A stretch of DNA of 56,532 nt from Verrucomicrobiota bacterium (GTDB taxonomy: Bacteria; Verrucomicrobiota; Verrucomicrobiia; Limisphaerales; CANJSG01): NCBI GenBank assembly GCA_038209745.1, contig JBBQXJ010000023.1, forward strand, positions 1 through 56,532. Direction: 5' to 3'. Both the position numbers and the translations under genes were made by a program. Position 1 is the first letter of the stretch; each line of letters starts with the position of its first letter. Positions 35,596 to 47,707 of the stretch are shown here, piece by piece. The notes under the pieces are model-generated. The model was not told the origin of the DNA, searched no databases, and saw only the letters and a program-made list of their open reading frames with translations.

Positions 35596-35770
35596 GCCGC
35601 TCGGAATAGGGCGGCGGTATTATTTCAGATACAATTGTGGCAGAACAATATAGGTCAAAAAATTGCCAAAATCAGTTGGGAAGCCCTGTTCGTTGACGAT
35701 AAGTTGGACAGAATGCCGAAGATAGGGCACTAGTTGCCCTCATTTTCCGGTCCGCCGCCTTGCCCAACGT

Positions 35771-36811
35771 ATGACGCAGAACACAGCCTCCTCGCCCGAT
35801 CTTCTCGATGAAGAGCAGTTGCCCAGTCTGCGCGATCTTTCGCGCAAGTTCGAGACCCCGTCGGTTCCACGCGCCACATGGCAGTTGCTGAACACGCTCG
35901 TGCCCTATTTCGGGCTCTGGGTGGCGATGTATTTCGCGCGATCGGCCGCTTGGTGGGTGATGGCGCCGATGGCCCTTCTGGCCGGGATGCTGCTGGTCCG
36001 CGCGTTCATCATCTTCCACGATTGCGGCCACGGCTCTTTTTTCCCCTCCAAGACGGCGAACACGATCGTCGGCTGGGTCACCGGGATCCTGACCTTCACG
36101 CCCTATCACCATTGGCGCAGGGAACATTCCATCCACCACGCGACTTCCGGGAATCTGGACGAACGTGGCGCTGGCGACATCTGGACGTTGACCGTCCGCG
36201 AGTATCTGGCGCTTTCGGGCTGGAAGAAGCTGGCCTATCGACTGGTGCGGAATCCTCTGGTCCTTTTTGGACTGGGTCCGTTGTTCATCTTCATCGTCTG
36301 GCAACGTTTCGCTCCGGCAAACACCCGACCCCGTGAGCGCCGTGAAGTGCATCTCACGAATCTGGCGCTGCTCCTGATCGCGATCGGGGGGAGTTGGTTG
36401 TTCGGCTGGAAAACCTACCTGGTGCTCCAGCTCTCGGTGATGATGGTTGCCGGAGGGCTCGGGCTCTGGATGTTCTACGTGCAGCACCAGTTCGAGGACG
36501 GCTATTGGGAGGGCGATTCGGCTTGGGACTACACCGCGGCGGCCATGGCGGGCAGTTCCTATTACAAGCTTCCGCGGATCCTGCAGTGGTTCTCCGGCAA
36601 CATCGGCTTCCACCATATCCATCATCTGAATTCGCGGATCCCGAACTACAATCTGGCGCACTGCCACGCGGTCAATCCGGAGTTCCAGAAGGTGAAGCCG
36701 GTCACTCTGGTCAGCAGCCTGAGAACGCTTCGGCTTCGTCTATGGGACGAGGAAAGACGGACAATGGTCGGTTACAGCGCGCTCCGGCGCCGTCACGCTC
36801 GCAAGGCCTGA
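35771..36811 (+). CDS. Membrane fatty acid desaturase (Des-like)
   Basis: His boxes HDCGH, HSIHH and HHIHH; YVQHQFE; RIPNYNL. Confidence 0.9.
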   Translation: MTQNTASSPDLLDEEQLPSLRDLSRKFETPSVPRATWQLLNTLVPYFGLWVAMYFARSAAWWVMAPMALLAGMLLVRAFIIFHDCGHGSFFPSKTANTIVGWVTGILTFTPYHHWRREHSIHHATSGNLDERGAGDIWTLTVREYLALSGWKKLAYRLVRNPLVLFGLGPLFIFIVWQRFAPANTRPRERREVHLTNLALLLIAIGGSWLFGWKTYLVLQLSVMMVAGGLGLWMFYVQHQFEDGYWEGDSAWDYTAAAMAGSSYYKLPRILQWFSGNIGFHHIHHLNSRIPNYNLAHCHAVNPEFQKVKPVTLVSSLRTLRLRLWDEERRTMVGYSALRRRHARKA

Positions 36812-36878
36812 CGCGGGGTGAGACGGGGTTGGGCGTGGGGCGGGTTTCTTCTTGGCGGATCCCGACGGCGGGTGTCCG

Positions 36879-38132
36879 CTAAACTTCCGCGATCGTTCGA
36901 CCGGTTTTCGTGCGGCGATCGGCGGGCGGATGTCGTTTCAGGGTCTTCAGGGCTACGGCCAGCGCGGAGAACGTCAGCAATCCCCCCAGCCAGAACGGAG
37001 CCCCGGGCAGATGCGCGGGTGCAGTGTCGCTGATGAAGTAGCCGAAGAGGCCCGTTCCGATGAGCGGCGCGATGAAAGCCGCCACGCTCCCGAGACTCGC
37101 CAACGCTCCTTGGACGGCCCCCTGTTCGTTCGCGGGCGTGCTGCATGAGATCAGCCCCTGCATCGCCGGCCCCGCGATGCCCCCCATCGAGCCCACGACG
37201 AGCAGCGCATAGATCATCCACCCTTCCGTGGCGAAGCCATAGCCTGCCATGGCCAGACCCGCGACGATCAATCCGGACTTCAGCGACAGCACTTCTCCCA
37301 GCGCTGGGATGATTCTCCGGGTCAGACCTCCCTGCACGATGGCCGCCGTGAGCCCGACCGTGGCCAAGGACAGTCCGACCTGCCCGCTCGTCCAGCCGTA
37401 GCGGTATCCGGTATAGAGCACCCAAGTGGCGTGCAGCGAATACTCGGAGAGCTTTTGGAGGAAGAAGCTGATCGAAAGTCCGGCGACGACCGGGTGGCGC
37501 TTCAGGGCGGCGAGGGAGCCCAGTGGATTGGCCCGCTTCCAGGAGAACTCGCGGCGGTTTTCCGGGGCGAGCGATTCCGGCAGGACGAACCAACCATAGA
37601 GCCAGTTGACGAGGGTCATTCCGGCCGCGACGAGGAAGGGCAGGCGCAGGTCGTGGTTGCCCAATAGCCCGCCCACGGCGGGTCCGGCGATGAATCCGAG
37701 GCCGAACGCCGCACCGATGATCCCGAAGTTCGCCGCGCGTTTTTCGGGCGGACTGATGTCGGCGATGTAGGCCGTGGCCGCCGTGATGTTGGCGCCGGAA
37801 ATGCCGTTGATGGCCCGCCCGATGAAGAACCAGGGCAGGGTCGGTGCGAAAGCCAGCAGGAGGTAGTCGAGCCCCGATCCGAGCAACGAAGAGAGGATCA
37901 CCGGCCGGCGACCGAACTGGTCCGAAAGGCTGCCGAGAATCGGAGCGAAGACGAACTGCATGAGTCCGTAGAGCGACGCCAGCGCTCCGACCGTATGGGA
38001 TGCGGCGGCGACATTTCCTCCCTGAAGGCTCTCGACCAGTTTTGGGAGAATCGGGATCACCAGCCCCACCCCGAAGATGTCGAGGAAGAGAGTGATGAAG
38101 ATAAAGACGAGGGCGGGTTTGCGCGGTGCCAC
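36879..38132 (-). CDS. TetA/TCR-family MFS efflux transporter
   Basis: LDIFGVGLVIPILP, GSLSDQFGRRPV, AYIADIS, GFIAGP, EQGAVQG; GTG start preceded by GGAGAA. Confidence 0.88.
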   Translation of the reverse strand: MAPRKPALVFIFITLFLDIFGVGLVIPILPKLVESLQGGNVAAASHTVGALASLYGLMQFVFAPILGSLSDQFGRRPVILSSLLGSGLDYLLLAFAPTLPWFFIGRAINGISGANITAATAYIADISPPEKRAANFGIIGAAFGLGFIAGPAVGGLLGNHDLRLPFLVAAGMTLVNWLYGWFVLPESLAPENRREFSWKRANPLGSLAALKRHPVVAGLSISFFLQKLSEYSLHATWVLYTGYRYGWTSGQVGLSLATVGLTAAIVQGGLTRRIIPALGEVLSLKSGLIVAGLAMAGYGFATEGWMIYALLVVGSMGGIAGPAMQGLISCSTPANEQGAVQGALASLGSVAAFIAPLIGTGLFGYFISDTAPAHLPGAPFWLGGLLTFSALAVALKTLKRHPPADRRTKTGRTIAEV

Positions 38133-38160
38133 GACGTTCTCCACCGATGAAGCCCGCCGC

Positions 38161-39654
<1,494 letters not shown>

Positions 39655-39829
39655 AGTGACCGCAGGTCGCGGCGGAACGTAGCAACGGTGGCGGTCTTTG
39701 CACCGCCTTTTTTGGAATGGGGATTTGGTTCGGCCGGTGGGTCGTTTGGAGGAAACCCAGTGTCATCCACCGGAGCTTCGCGGTCCGGGACGGCTTTCGC
39801 CGCCGCCCAGGCGAAACAGCGGGTGCCCT

Positions 39830-42800
39830 TCAGTCCTCCGAGAACAGATATTCGAGATCCGTCTGCGAGAGGCTCTTCGCGAAGCCTTCTTCGCCGAGGA
39901 CGTCGGCGATGGTCTGGGACTTGCGCTGCTGGAGGTCCCAGATCTTTTCCTCGACGGTGCCGGGCGCGATGAGGCGGTAGGCGTTGACCGTGCGGGTCTG
40001 GCCGATGCGGTGGGAACGGTCGATGGCCTGGGCTTCGACGGCGGGGTTCCACCACGGATCGTAGAGCACCACGTAGCTGGCGGTGGTCAGGTTGAGGCCG
40101 GTTCCGGCCGCGCGGAGGGAGAGCAGGAATATCGCGCCGTCTTTCTCGTCCTGGAAGGCGTTGACCACTTCCTGCCGGTCCTTGGTTTCGCCGGTGAGGA
40201 TGTAGGTTTTGATGGCGCGTTTGCCGCACTCGGTCTCCAGCAGCTTCAACATCTGCACGAACTGGGAGAAGACGAGGACCTTCTGGTTGTCGGCGAGCAG
40301 GGGCTCGAGCAGTTCGAAGAGCGTCTCGGTCTTGCCGGAAGCGGAGTCGTTGCCAACAAGCGTGGGGTGGCAGCAGATCTGGCGCAGGCGGGTGAGCGCG
40401 GCGAGGACGTGCATCTTGCTCTTCGCGAGGCCCTTTTCCTGGACGGTCTGCATGACCTGTTCGCGGCTGCGACGGAGTTCCGCGAGGTAGAGCTTGCGCT
40501 GGGCTTCGCCGAGATCGCAGTCGCGGCGTTCCTCGATGCGGTCGGGAAGGTCCTTGGCGACCTGCTTCTTGAGCCGGCGCAGCATGATCGGGCGCAGCTT
40601 GGCGGCGAGGCGGCGACGGGCGATGCGTTGGGTGGATTCGGCCTCTTCGCCGGTGCCCTTGGGATCGTAGGTCTGGGCGAAATGGTCCTGGTCGCCGAGG
40701 TACCCGGGTTGGACAAAGTCGGCGATGGACCAGAGGTCGGTCAGGCGGTTTTCCAACGGGGTGCCGGTCAGGGCGAGGCGTTGGTCGCCCTTGAGCTGTT
40801 TGACGCTGAGGGTGACCTGGGCGCCGGGGTTTTTGATGAACTGGGCCTCGTCGAGGATGATGGCGCGGAAGTTGAACTTCTGGAGCCATTCGAGGTCCCG
40901 GCGGAGAAGCGCGTAGTTCGTGACGATGATGTCGTTCTCCGGGATCTGCTTGCGGAGGTTGTGGCGCGCGGCGCCGCTCTGGAGCACAAGCACCTTGAGA
41001 TGGGGAGCGAACTTCTCGGCCTCACGGCGCCAATTGTGGAGCACGGAGGCGGGGCAGATGACGAGGGCGGGGCGGTGGGCCTTCTTGCTCTCCTGATGGA
41101 GCCAAGCGAGCCAGATCAGGGTCTGGAGCGTTTTCCCGAGGCCCATGTCGTCGGCGAGGATGCCGCCCAGCTTGTGGCGGGAGAGATGGGCCAGGAAGTT
41201 GAAGCCGTCGCGCTGATACGGGCGGAGTTCGGCGTTGATGCTCGGGGGAACGCCGGTGTCGGGCACCCCCTTGAAGTTGGCCAACGAATTGCGGAGGGCC
41301 TTTGACTGGGCCGAGTCGCCGAATTTGGAGAGCGCGGTGTCGTCGAGGTGGGCTGCCTGTTCCATGCCGACCTTCTGGGCGTTGGGCATCAGACCCTCGA
41401 TTCCAAGGTCGGCGAAGGTCTCGTGCGCGGCCTGGACGGCGCCGGCGTCGAGCTCGACCCATCCGGCATCGGGCAGCTTGACGAAGCGGCCGGTGGCGGT
41501 GGCGAGGCGGTGGAGATCGGAGGGGGAGAGGCGCATCCCTTCGGCTTCCCATTCGGCGGAGACGGAGAACCAGTCGATGCCGCTGCCCTTGACGACGAGC
41601 ATGGGTTTGACCTGGCGCGGGCTGAGGAAGAGGCGGCGGAAGGATTCGTTGCCGAGGTATTCGGCCTCGGCGGGGCGTTGCGGCCAAGCCACCGCGAGGA
41701 CGTTGAGGAAGTTCTCGTTGGCGTCGCCGACCCACAGGCCCGGTTCGGGGGTGAACCAGTCCAGCTTGCGCAGCCAATGGGTGGCGGCTTCGAGGCGGGA
41801 GTCGTCGAGGATCTCGGGCTTGCCTTGCTTGTGATGGCCAGCGGAGTCGCGCTGCCATTCGTGGCCGGTCCAGTGCCAGAGGGTCTGATCGGTCTCGCTG
41901 CGGGCGAGGAGGCGGAGGCGGACGGTGTCGTCGCTCAGTTCGAACATGAACTGGGGGACCGCCGAGTGCGTGTTGCACAGCTGGCCCCAGTCGACGCCGT
42001 TCTTCGGTTGGGTCTGTCGCAGGCGCGTCAGCACGCGGTGGCTGAGGCGGCTGACGGGGAGCGAGCCCTTTTCCAGCCACTTGCCGAGGAAGCCCGACGG
42101 GGGCGCCTTGCGCAGCAGATGGAAGGCGCCGCCGACGAGGGCGAGCGTGGGCTTGCCGGAGAAGAACACCGCCTGGTCCAGATCGTGCGTGCCGGAGGCG
42201 GTGACGACGTGGTGGGTGAAGGCGAGACCGTCGGCATTCTTGTCGAGGTGCGGCTTGAGCTCCGCGACCTGGCCGTGGAAGTGGTGGAAGTTCGGCGTGT
42301 TGACGATCTCCAGGCGGTTCATGTCGCCCCAACGCACGAGCCATTGGAGGAGGTTCGTGCCGGAGAGGCGGAATTCCTCGGTGGCGCCGGCGCCGGCCGC
42401 GAGATCGCCGGCGAGCCATTGGATGAATTCCCAGTCGGCGGGCGCGAAGAGCTCCTGCTCATGGGCGGCACGGGTGGTGAGCTCGACAAGTTCGGCGGCG
42501 GTCTTCTGCTTCTCGCCGGTGCGGGGCCGGAAGAGGAAGAACTGCACGGCCATCTCGTGGAGACCGGGGGTCTTCTCGTCCTTCACCGGGCTGCAGACGA
42601 TGCGCAGCGTGGCGCGGGGCGAGTCGAGGTGCGACGGGGCGGGCGGGAACATCCAGGTCTCCAGCGCGACGACGAGCTCCTGTTCCTTCTCGGCCTGTTC
42701 GACCTCGGCGAAGCGGTCGAAATTGGCGTGGGACAGCAGCTCGGTGGGCAGCGACCGGTTCGAGCGCATGAAGAGCAGCGCGAGTTCCTCGAGTCGCGCC

Positions 42801-43099
42801 TTGCCCAGGACCGCGGTCATCTTGGGCCACCATTCCGAGGCGACGAAGTCCTTCCGCGACAGGTTCAGCTTTTCGAAATAGTCCTCCAGCAGCAGCCACG
42901 CGCGCTGCGAGTCGGCGCAGGCGCCGAACATGTTCAGCACCTCCGTGCGCTCGGCCACGGCGGTCTTGGACTCGGCCAACTCCTTCCGGAGATCGGCGAG
43001 CGCGCCATACGTTTTCTGCAGGACGGTGTGATGACCGTCATAACGGGCCGCAGCAGCGGACCGGGTGACAATTCCAGTTTTTCGGGACGTTCTCGCCAT
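39830..43099 (-). CDS. SNF2-family helicase (second paralog)
   Basis: LADDMGLGKT, DEAQ, LTGTPLEN, VFSQF, GLNLT, WWNPA.EAQA.DR.HRIGQ; start uncertain (43099 or 43138). Confidence 0.9.
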   Translation of the reverse strand: MARTSRKTGIVTRSAAAARYDGHHTVLQKTYGALADLRKELAESKTAVAERTEVLNMFGACADSQRAWLLLEDYFEKLNLSRKDFVASEWWPKMTAVLGKARLEELALLFMRSNRSLPTELLSHANFDRFAEVEQAEKEQELVVALETWMFPPAPSHLDSPRATLRIVCSPVKDEKTPGLHEMAVQFFLFRPRTGEKQKTAAELVELTTRAAHEQELFAPADWEFIQWLAGDLAAGAGATEEFRLSGTNLLQWLVRWGDMNRLEIVNTPNFHHFHGQVAELKPHLDKNADGLAFTHHVVTASGTHDLDQAVFFSGKPTLALVGGAFHLLRKAPPSGFLGKWLEKGSLPVSRLSHRVLTRLRQTQPKNGVDWGQLCNTHSAVPQFMFELSDDTVRLRLLARSETDQTLWHWTGHEWQRDSAGHHKQGKPEILDDSRLEAATHWLRKLDWFTPEPGLWVGDANENFLNVLAVAWPQRPAEAEYLGNESFRRLFLSPRQVKPMLVVKGSGIDWFSVSAEWEAEGMRLSPSDLHRLATATGRFVKLPDAGWVELDAGAVQAAHETFADLGIEGLMPNAQKVGMEQAAHLDDTALSKFGDSAQSKALRNSLANFKGVPDTGVPPSINAELRPYQRDGFNFLAHLSRHKLGGILADDMGLGKTLQTLIWLAWLHQESKKAHRPALVICPASVLHNWRREAEKFAPHLKVLVLQSGAARHNLRKQIPENDIIVTNYALLRRDLEWLQKFNFRAIILDEAQFIKNPGAQVTLSVKQLKGDQRLALTGTPLENRLTDLWSIADFVQPGYLGDQDHFAQTYDPKGTGEEAESTQRIARRRLAAKLRPIMLRRLKKQVAKDLPDRIEERRDCDLGEAQRKLYLAELRRSREQVMQTVQEKGLAKSKMHVLAALTRLRQICCHPTLVGNDSASGKTETLFELLEPLLADNQKVLVFSQFVQMLKLLETECGKRAIKTYILTGETKDRQEVVNAFQDEKDGAIFLLSLRAAGTGLNLTTASYVVLYDPWWNPAVEAQAIDRSHRIGQTRTVNAYRLIAPGTVEEKIWDLQQRKSQTIADVLGEEGFAKSLSQTDLEYLFSED

Positions 43100-43182
43100 A
43101 CCAACAAACAGCTTTAAGTCAGGATCCTGAATATCCACCCGTTTTGCCCAATGGGGTCAACGGTTAATTGCCTTCTCATTGT

Positions 43183-44370
43183 TCAAACCTTCCCGATCCA
43201 CTTCCGATCCGCCCACACGGACCGGATGGAGGTGATGTTTCTCCGGTCGAAGACATGCTTCGCGGCGCTCAAGAGCCGGCCTCGCCGCAGCGCGTGCCAT
43301 GCGTCGCTCGCGCTGATGGCCACGAACTGCAGCACGCTCGGGTCGCGGTAGCAGTCGATCATGCAGCGGGTGCAGCCGTCGCGGATGACCTTCGAGTCGT
43401 CCCAGTCATACACGTTGCACATCGGCGTTTCCCAGAAATGGCAACGGTAGAGGTTCAGATGCCAGTCGAGGTAGAAATACTTGTGTCCACCCAGGCAGGC
43501 GAAGCGTTCCTTTTCCCCGCGGAGATGCCGCTGCATCTCGTCGAGCGACTCCGTGGGGTTCACCACGGGGAAACCGCTGCGGTGCTTCAGTCGCTTGATC
43601 TTCTCGAAGAGTTCGACGAGTTCGTCACGCGTGAAGCTGACCAGGCCGCCGTCGCTGAAGCTGAGGTAGCTGCTGGCCAGCGAAGTCAGCGGATAGCTGA
43701 AGGTGCAGCTGGTGAAGCCGAGCGATCCGAGGAACGCGGGCAGTTGGTCGTAGTCCTCGACCAGGCGGCTGGCCGTGACGCTCGCCGTGGTCTGGATGCC
43801 GAGTTCGCGGAACACCTCGTTGGCCCGGCGCATCTTCCGGCACACATCGGGCAGGCCCCGATTGGCCTCGTGCTTGCCGACGTCGTGCGCGTCCACGGAC
43901 ATGATGACGCTGCTGAGTCCGGCGGCCGCGAAAGCGCGCATGTTCGCCTCCGTCCACAAAGCGCCGTTGGTGCAGACCATCGGATGCAGGCCGCGTTCCG
44001 CGGCGTAGCGGATCATCGCCTCCAGGTCGCGGTGGACCAGCGGCTCGCCGCCGACGAAGAGCAGGTAGCCGATGTGGTTCTTCACCGCGATGTCCACCAC
44101 GTCCTTCGCTTCCTGCAGGGTCACGCTGCGGCGGGTCCTGGGATCCAGCTTGGAACGGGCGAAACCGCAGAAACCGCAGTCGGCGTTGCAGAGGTTGGTG
44201 ATGGCGAACTGGAGGTAGCCCGGGCCGCCGTGGCGAAGGACTTCTCCGACGAGTTTGAGGACGCTTTGGCGTGGCCGTTGGACCGGACCGGGGACGGGCT
44301 CTCCAAAGGTTCCATCGGCGACGGACGCTGATTCATGGAAAGGACCTTGTGTCATGGTTCTGTCCACCAT
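43183..44370 (-). CDS. Radical SAM protein with a C-terminal SPASM/twitch-like Cys cluster
   Basis: CNADCGFC (CxxxCxxC), GGEP, TNG; C-terminal CLGG..C..C..CTRC..DC; start uncertain. Confidence 0.85.
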   Translation of the reverse strand: MVDRTMTQGPFHESASVADGTFGEPVPGPVQRPRQSVLKLVGEVLRHGGPGYLQFAITNLCNADCGFCGFARSKLDPRTRRSVTLQEAKDVVDIAVKNHIGYLLFVGGEPLVHRDLEAMIRYAAERGLHPMVCTNGALWTEANMRAFAAAGLSSVIMSVDAHDVGKHEANRGLPDVCRKMRRANEVFRELGIQTTASVTASRLVEDYDQLPAFLGSLGFTSCTFSYPLTSLASSYLSFSDGGLVSFTRDELVELFEKIKRLKHRSGFPVVNPTESLDEMQRHLRGEKERFACLGGHKYFYLDWHLNLYRCHFWETPMCNVYDWDDSKVIRDGCTRCMIDCYRDPSVLQFVAISASDAWHALRRGRLLSAAKHVFDRRNITSIRSVWADRKWIGKV

Positions 44371-44457
44371 CTTACGCCCAACCCGCGACGATCCGGCAAC
44401 GGGAATCTGCTGAGGGGCCCGGGCGACGGATTCGATTGCCGCTCCGGCGATTTTGTC

Positions 44458-44484
44458 GCATCCAAAATGCTGCGGGGATCGTTT
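44458..44484 (+). promoter_or_regulatory. Putative ECF promoter (GCATCC-N16-CGTTT), likely autoregulatory
   Basis: Same CATCC-N16-CGT architecture as 55776-55802; upstream of the ECF gene. Confidence 0.55.
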
Positions 44485-44614
44485 CTATAGCTGAATGGTC
44501 ACCGCTTGCCCAATCGAATGGGAACCGCTACACAGTCCGGGGCTTGCCTCGTGGTTTGTGCTTCCGGTCGTTCCGGTCACATTCGCCGATGCAGCCGGCG
44601 CGGGGCGGCACTTC

Positions 44615-45184
44615 ATGGATCACTGCACGACAGCCACAACGGATGAAAGCCTGATGGGCGAGATAGCCCTTGGGGACGTGGATTCCTTCACGGAGTTCTA
44701 CGATCGCCATTCCCGGCTGCTGTTCTCCGTCGCGGTCCACATTCTCCGGGATGAACGCGAAGCCGAGGACGTCCTGCAGGAGGCGATGGTCGCCCTGTGG
44801 GAACGCGCCGCCCGCTACGATGCTTCTCTGGGCAAGCCGGTGAGCTGGGTCGTGACAATGACGCGCAACCGGGCCATTGACCGGTTGCGGGGGCTTAAGC
44901 GGCGTCCTCAGGCGACCGCGGTGGAACTCGAAGAACCCGACGCGGTCTCGGACGAGGCCGACTCGGCGACCGCGCGGATGATGTCCCACGAATCCGCGCT
45001 GTCGCTGCGGAAGGCGCTGGGTCAATTGCCGGAAGACCAGCGTCGCGCGATCGAGTTGGCATTTTTTGGAGGATTGACCCATGTCGAGATCGCGGAGTCC
45101 ACGGCGACTCCTTTGGGCACCGTGAAGGCCCGTATCCGACGGGGAATGCTGCAGCTGCGCGACGGACTGGATGGACTTCTATGA
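44615..45184 (+). CDS. ECF RNA polymerase sigma factor (SigK-like)
   Basis: EAEDVLQE, W..A.RYD, RNRAIDRLR, LPEDQR..IELAFF.GLTH.EIA...PLGTVKARIRRG; alternative start at 44495. Confidence 0.9.
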   Translation: MDHCTTATTDESLMGEIALGDVDSFTEFYDRHSRLLFSVAVHILRDEREAEDVLQEAMVALWERAARYDASLGKPVSWVVTMTRNRAIDRLRGLKRRPQATAVELEEPDAVSDEADSATARMMSHESALSLRKALGQLPEDQRRAIELAFFGGLTHVEIAESTATPLGTVKARIRRGMLQLRDGLDGLL

Positions 45185-45783
45185 ACTGCGACGAACTCCA
45201 ACAACTTGCGGCGCTGAGCGCTTTGGGCGTATTGCCTGAGAGCGAGACGGTCGCGTTGAACGCTCGTTTGGCCGACGACGAATCGGCCCGCGCCGGTCTG
45301 GCCCGGTTCATCGATGTCGCGGCGGCGCTGGCCGGGCTCGTGCCGCAACGGCCTGCGCCGGCCGCGTTGCGGCAGCGCATCCTCGACCGGATCCGGAAGA
45401 CGCCCCAGTCATCGGACTCGCCGGCGGCCCAGGGTGGTTCCGCACCCAATCCGTTCCACTTCATGGGCCACGACGCGCCGTGGCTGCCGACACCGATCCC
45501 CGGAATTCGGCTGAAGGTTTTGTCCGCATCGCCTTCCGCCGAATACGCGATGCTTCTCGCGGAGCTAGGCCCTGAAGCCGTCTATCCCGAGCACGAGCAT
45601 GAAGGGGTGGAGGAAACCTACGTGCTCTCGGGAGACCTCACCTGCCAAGGCAGGGTGATGGGCCCCGGCGACTACTTCCATGCTGAGGCGGGAACGCACC
45701 ACGATCCGCTCACTTCGCGCCACGGATGCACGGCGATCTTTGTCGTGCCGCGCAAGGCGTTCCTGGAATTCGTCGGCTCGTGA
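45181..45783 (+). CDS. Anti-sigma factor with ChrR-like cupin domain
   Basis: ATGA overlap with the sigma gene; N-terminal anti-sigma-like helix, P.ALRQRIL, cupin HEH.G.EE.YVLSG..GDY..A.AGT.H. Confidence 0.82.
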   Translation: MNCDELQQLAALSALGVLPESETVALNARLADDESARAGLARFIDVAAALAGLVPQRPAPAALRQRILDRIRKTPQSSDSPAAQGGSAPNPFHFMGHDAPWLPTPIPGIRLKVLSASPSAEYAMLLAELGPEAVYPEHEHEGVEETYVLSGDLTCQGRVMGPGDYFHAEAGTHHDPLTSRHGCTAIFVVPRKAFLEFVGS

Positions 45784-45922
45784 TTCTTCAGGTTGGGCTG
45801 CGACGCGGCTGCGTTGAACGGCTCCGGTGTGCGAACCACAAACCGAGATCGGCTTGCGCAGCTCTCTCTTCGTGGTCCTGGAGCAAGGATATTCACTGCC
45901 CGGCCGATGTCCCGGTCCGGAG

Positions 45923-46876
45923 TCAGGGAGCTTGGAGCTTGAGGCGGATGAAGGCTGCTCCGTCTGGGCCGATGCTGTTGGTGATCGACATCGGCATGTC
46001 TGCGGACGATGTGATGTTCGTCACGAACTGCCAGTTGGGGAGGGTCAGGTCGGTGGTGGCTTCCTCGCGATAGACCACCCCGGTCTGAGCCGGGAAGGTC
46101 AGGACCAATTGGCCACCCATGTTCTGTGCTTCCATCGCCGGAGCTGCTGCCAGTGAAAGGAGGGCAGGTTGACTGGTGGCGGTGCCGTTCGCATTGACGA
46201 CCGTGACCGTATAGGAACCGACGTTGTTCGTGGTCACGGCGGTCAGGGTAAGAGTCGCGTTGGTGGCCGATGGCAGGGGATTCGTGCCCAGTTTCCACTG
46301 GTATGACAATGGGGGAGAACCACTTGCGGCGACCGTGAAGCTCGCATCTCCCCCAGGGACCACGTGGATGCTGGACGGCGCGGAGGTGATAAAGGGCGGA
46401 GTAGCGCTTGAGACGACTACGATGCCGAAAGATATGGAGGTTGTGTTCCCTGAATCTGAGCTGTCGGTGGCCGAAACCGTGACCCAGTTCGATCCGGCTT
46501 GGGTGGGGGTGCCGTTGATGAATCGTGTTTTGCCCGAGGTGCCGCTCAGGTTGAGACCGACCGGTAGGGATTTCGCGGTCCAAGTGGCGGGCATGGCGGC
46601 GTGTTTTCCGGAAAGATCCATGCGAAACCGGTAGGCGGCCCCGTTGGTCCCCGTAGGTGCGGGATTTTGGGCCAGCACGATGAAGGTGTCGCTCGCCCCG
46701 GACACTGCGTCCGCCGCGCCCAGGAGGGCGGCGGTGCCGGCGGAGAGACGGAGAACAACGGCCCAAGCCGATTGCGGCGCGAGGAGCGATTGGGAACTCA
46801 TCCAGCGGACGAGCGGGGCCAACTGAAGCAGGACCGCGAGGAGGACGGGAGGGATCTGGAGGAACCGGGAACGCAT
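45923..46876 (-). CDS. Secreted Ig-domain protein carrying a flavinylation-like DAVSGAS motif
   Basis: Hydrophobic N-terminus, DAVSGAS, He_PIG-like LPVGLNL..INGTPTQAG, Ig unit PPLSYQW..GSYTVTVVN, C-terminal TDL..W..FIRL domain. Confidence 0.8.
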   Translation of the reverse strand: MRSRFLQIPPVLLAVLLQLAPLVRWMSSQSLLAPQSAWAVVLRLSAGTAALLGAADAVSGASDTFIVLAQNPAPTGTNGAAYRFRMDLSGKHAAMPATWTAKSLPVGLNLSGTSGKTRFINGTPTQAGSNWVTVSATDSSDSGNTTSISFGIVVVSSATPPFITSAPSSIHVVPGGDASFTVAASGSPPLSYQWKLGTNPLPSATNATLTLTAVTTNNVGSYTVTVVNANGTATSQPALLSLAAAPAMEAQNMGGQLVLTFPAQTGVVYREEATTDLTLPNWQFVTNITSSADMPMSITNSIGPDGAAFIRLKLQAP

Positions 46877-46932
46877 GTGAAAAGGGAGTTGAAGTTCAGC
46901 AATACGAAAGCTCTTCTGGACGAGGGATTGGG

Positions 46933-47157
46933 TCAGTTGCAACCGCAGCCGCCGCCACCCACGCCTCTTCCACCGGACGCGGCTTCGCGGGAAAACCACA
47001 CGTGCTCGTTCAGCGCATCGGTCAGCGGATCACGATCCGATCGCATCGTGTAGTCGGCCAGGGTGCCGCGCTGCCAGGGTTTGACGTTGGCACATCCTGT
47101 CCCTGCAAGGACCATGCCGAGCATCGAAATGAGAATGAGATCCTTGTGACGTTTCAT
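46933..47157 (-). CDS. DUF4266 small lipoprotein
   Basis: Lipobox GTGC, VKPWQRG.LA, H...SRE..SGG.G.GGGGCGCN. Confidence 0.9.
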   Translation of the reverse strand: MKRHKDLILISMLGMVLAGTGCANVKPWQRGTLADYTMRSDRDPLTDALNEHVWFSREAASGGRGVGGGGCGCN

Positions 47158-47179
47158 GGCGAAGTTCGGCTGGGCTGGA

Positions 47180-47707
47180 TCACTTCAGAAGCTCTTCGAT
47201 CTGTTTTTCGTATTCGACCCGGGTCTTGTCGCCCTCGAACCCTACGTGGGTGAACCGGATCTTGCCTTCGCGGTCGATGAGGAAGCTGGTGGGCATGGTT
47301 GCGACGTCGGCGGCGGCGACGAGCTTCTGTTGGCCGTCGCGCACCACGGAAAAGGTGACGGGCGTCTTCTTGAGGAACTTCTCCATGTCGGATTTGTCCT
47401 CGTCCACGTTGACGGCGATGATGACGAGTCCCTTTTCGCGATACTTCTTCAGCAACCCGTCCATGACGGGAAAGGACGCCTTGCACGGAGCGCACCACGA
47501 GGCCCAGAAGTCGACGATCACGACCTTGCCCTTCGTCTCGGGCAGGGTGCCTTCCAGATTGAATTTCGCCAGGTCGGGAAGGGAGTCGCCGACCTTGAGG
47601 CCGGCGCCGATGGCCGGAAGCAGCACCATTCCCGCGATGGCCGCGCCGACGGCGAGCGGACGAAGGGCCCGTGGCCAGTTCCGGACTTTAAGAGACGCAG
47701 TATTCAT
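47180..47707 (-). CDS. TlpA-family thioredoxin-like disulfide reductase
   Basis: GKVVIVDFWASWCAPCK, MPTSFLIDREG. Confidence 0.9.
   Translation of the reverse strand: MNTASLKVRNWPRALRPLAVGAAIAGMVLLPAIGAGLKVGDSLPDLAKFNLEGTLPETKGKVVIVDFWASWCAPCKASFPVMDGLLKKYREKGLVIIAVNVDEDKSDMEKFLKKTPVTFSVVRDGQQKLVAAADVATMPTSFLIDREGKIRFTHVGFEGDKTRVEYEKQIEELLK

Noticed and set aside
36879..38132. Acquired tetracycline resistance gene
   Set aside because: Generic TCR-family MFS with no tetR or mobile context; the substrate cannot be inferred.
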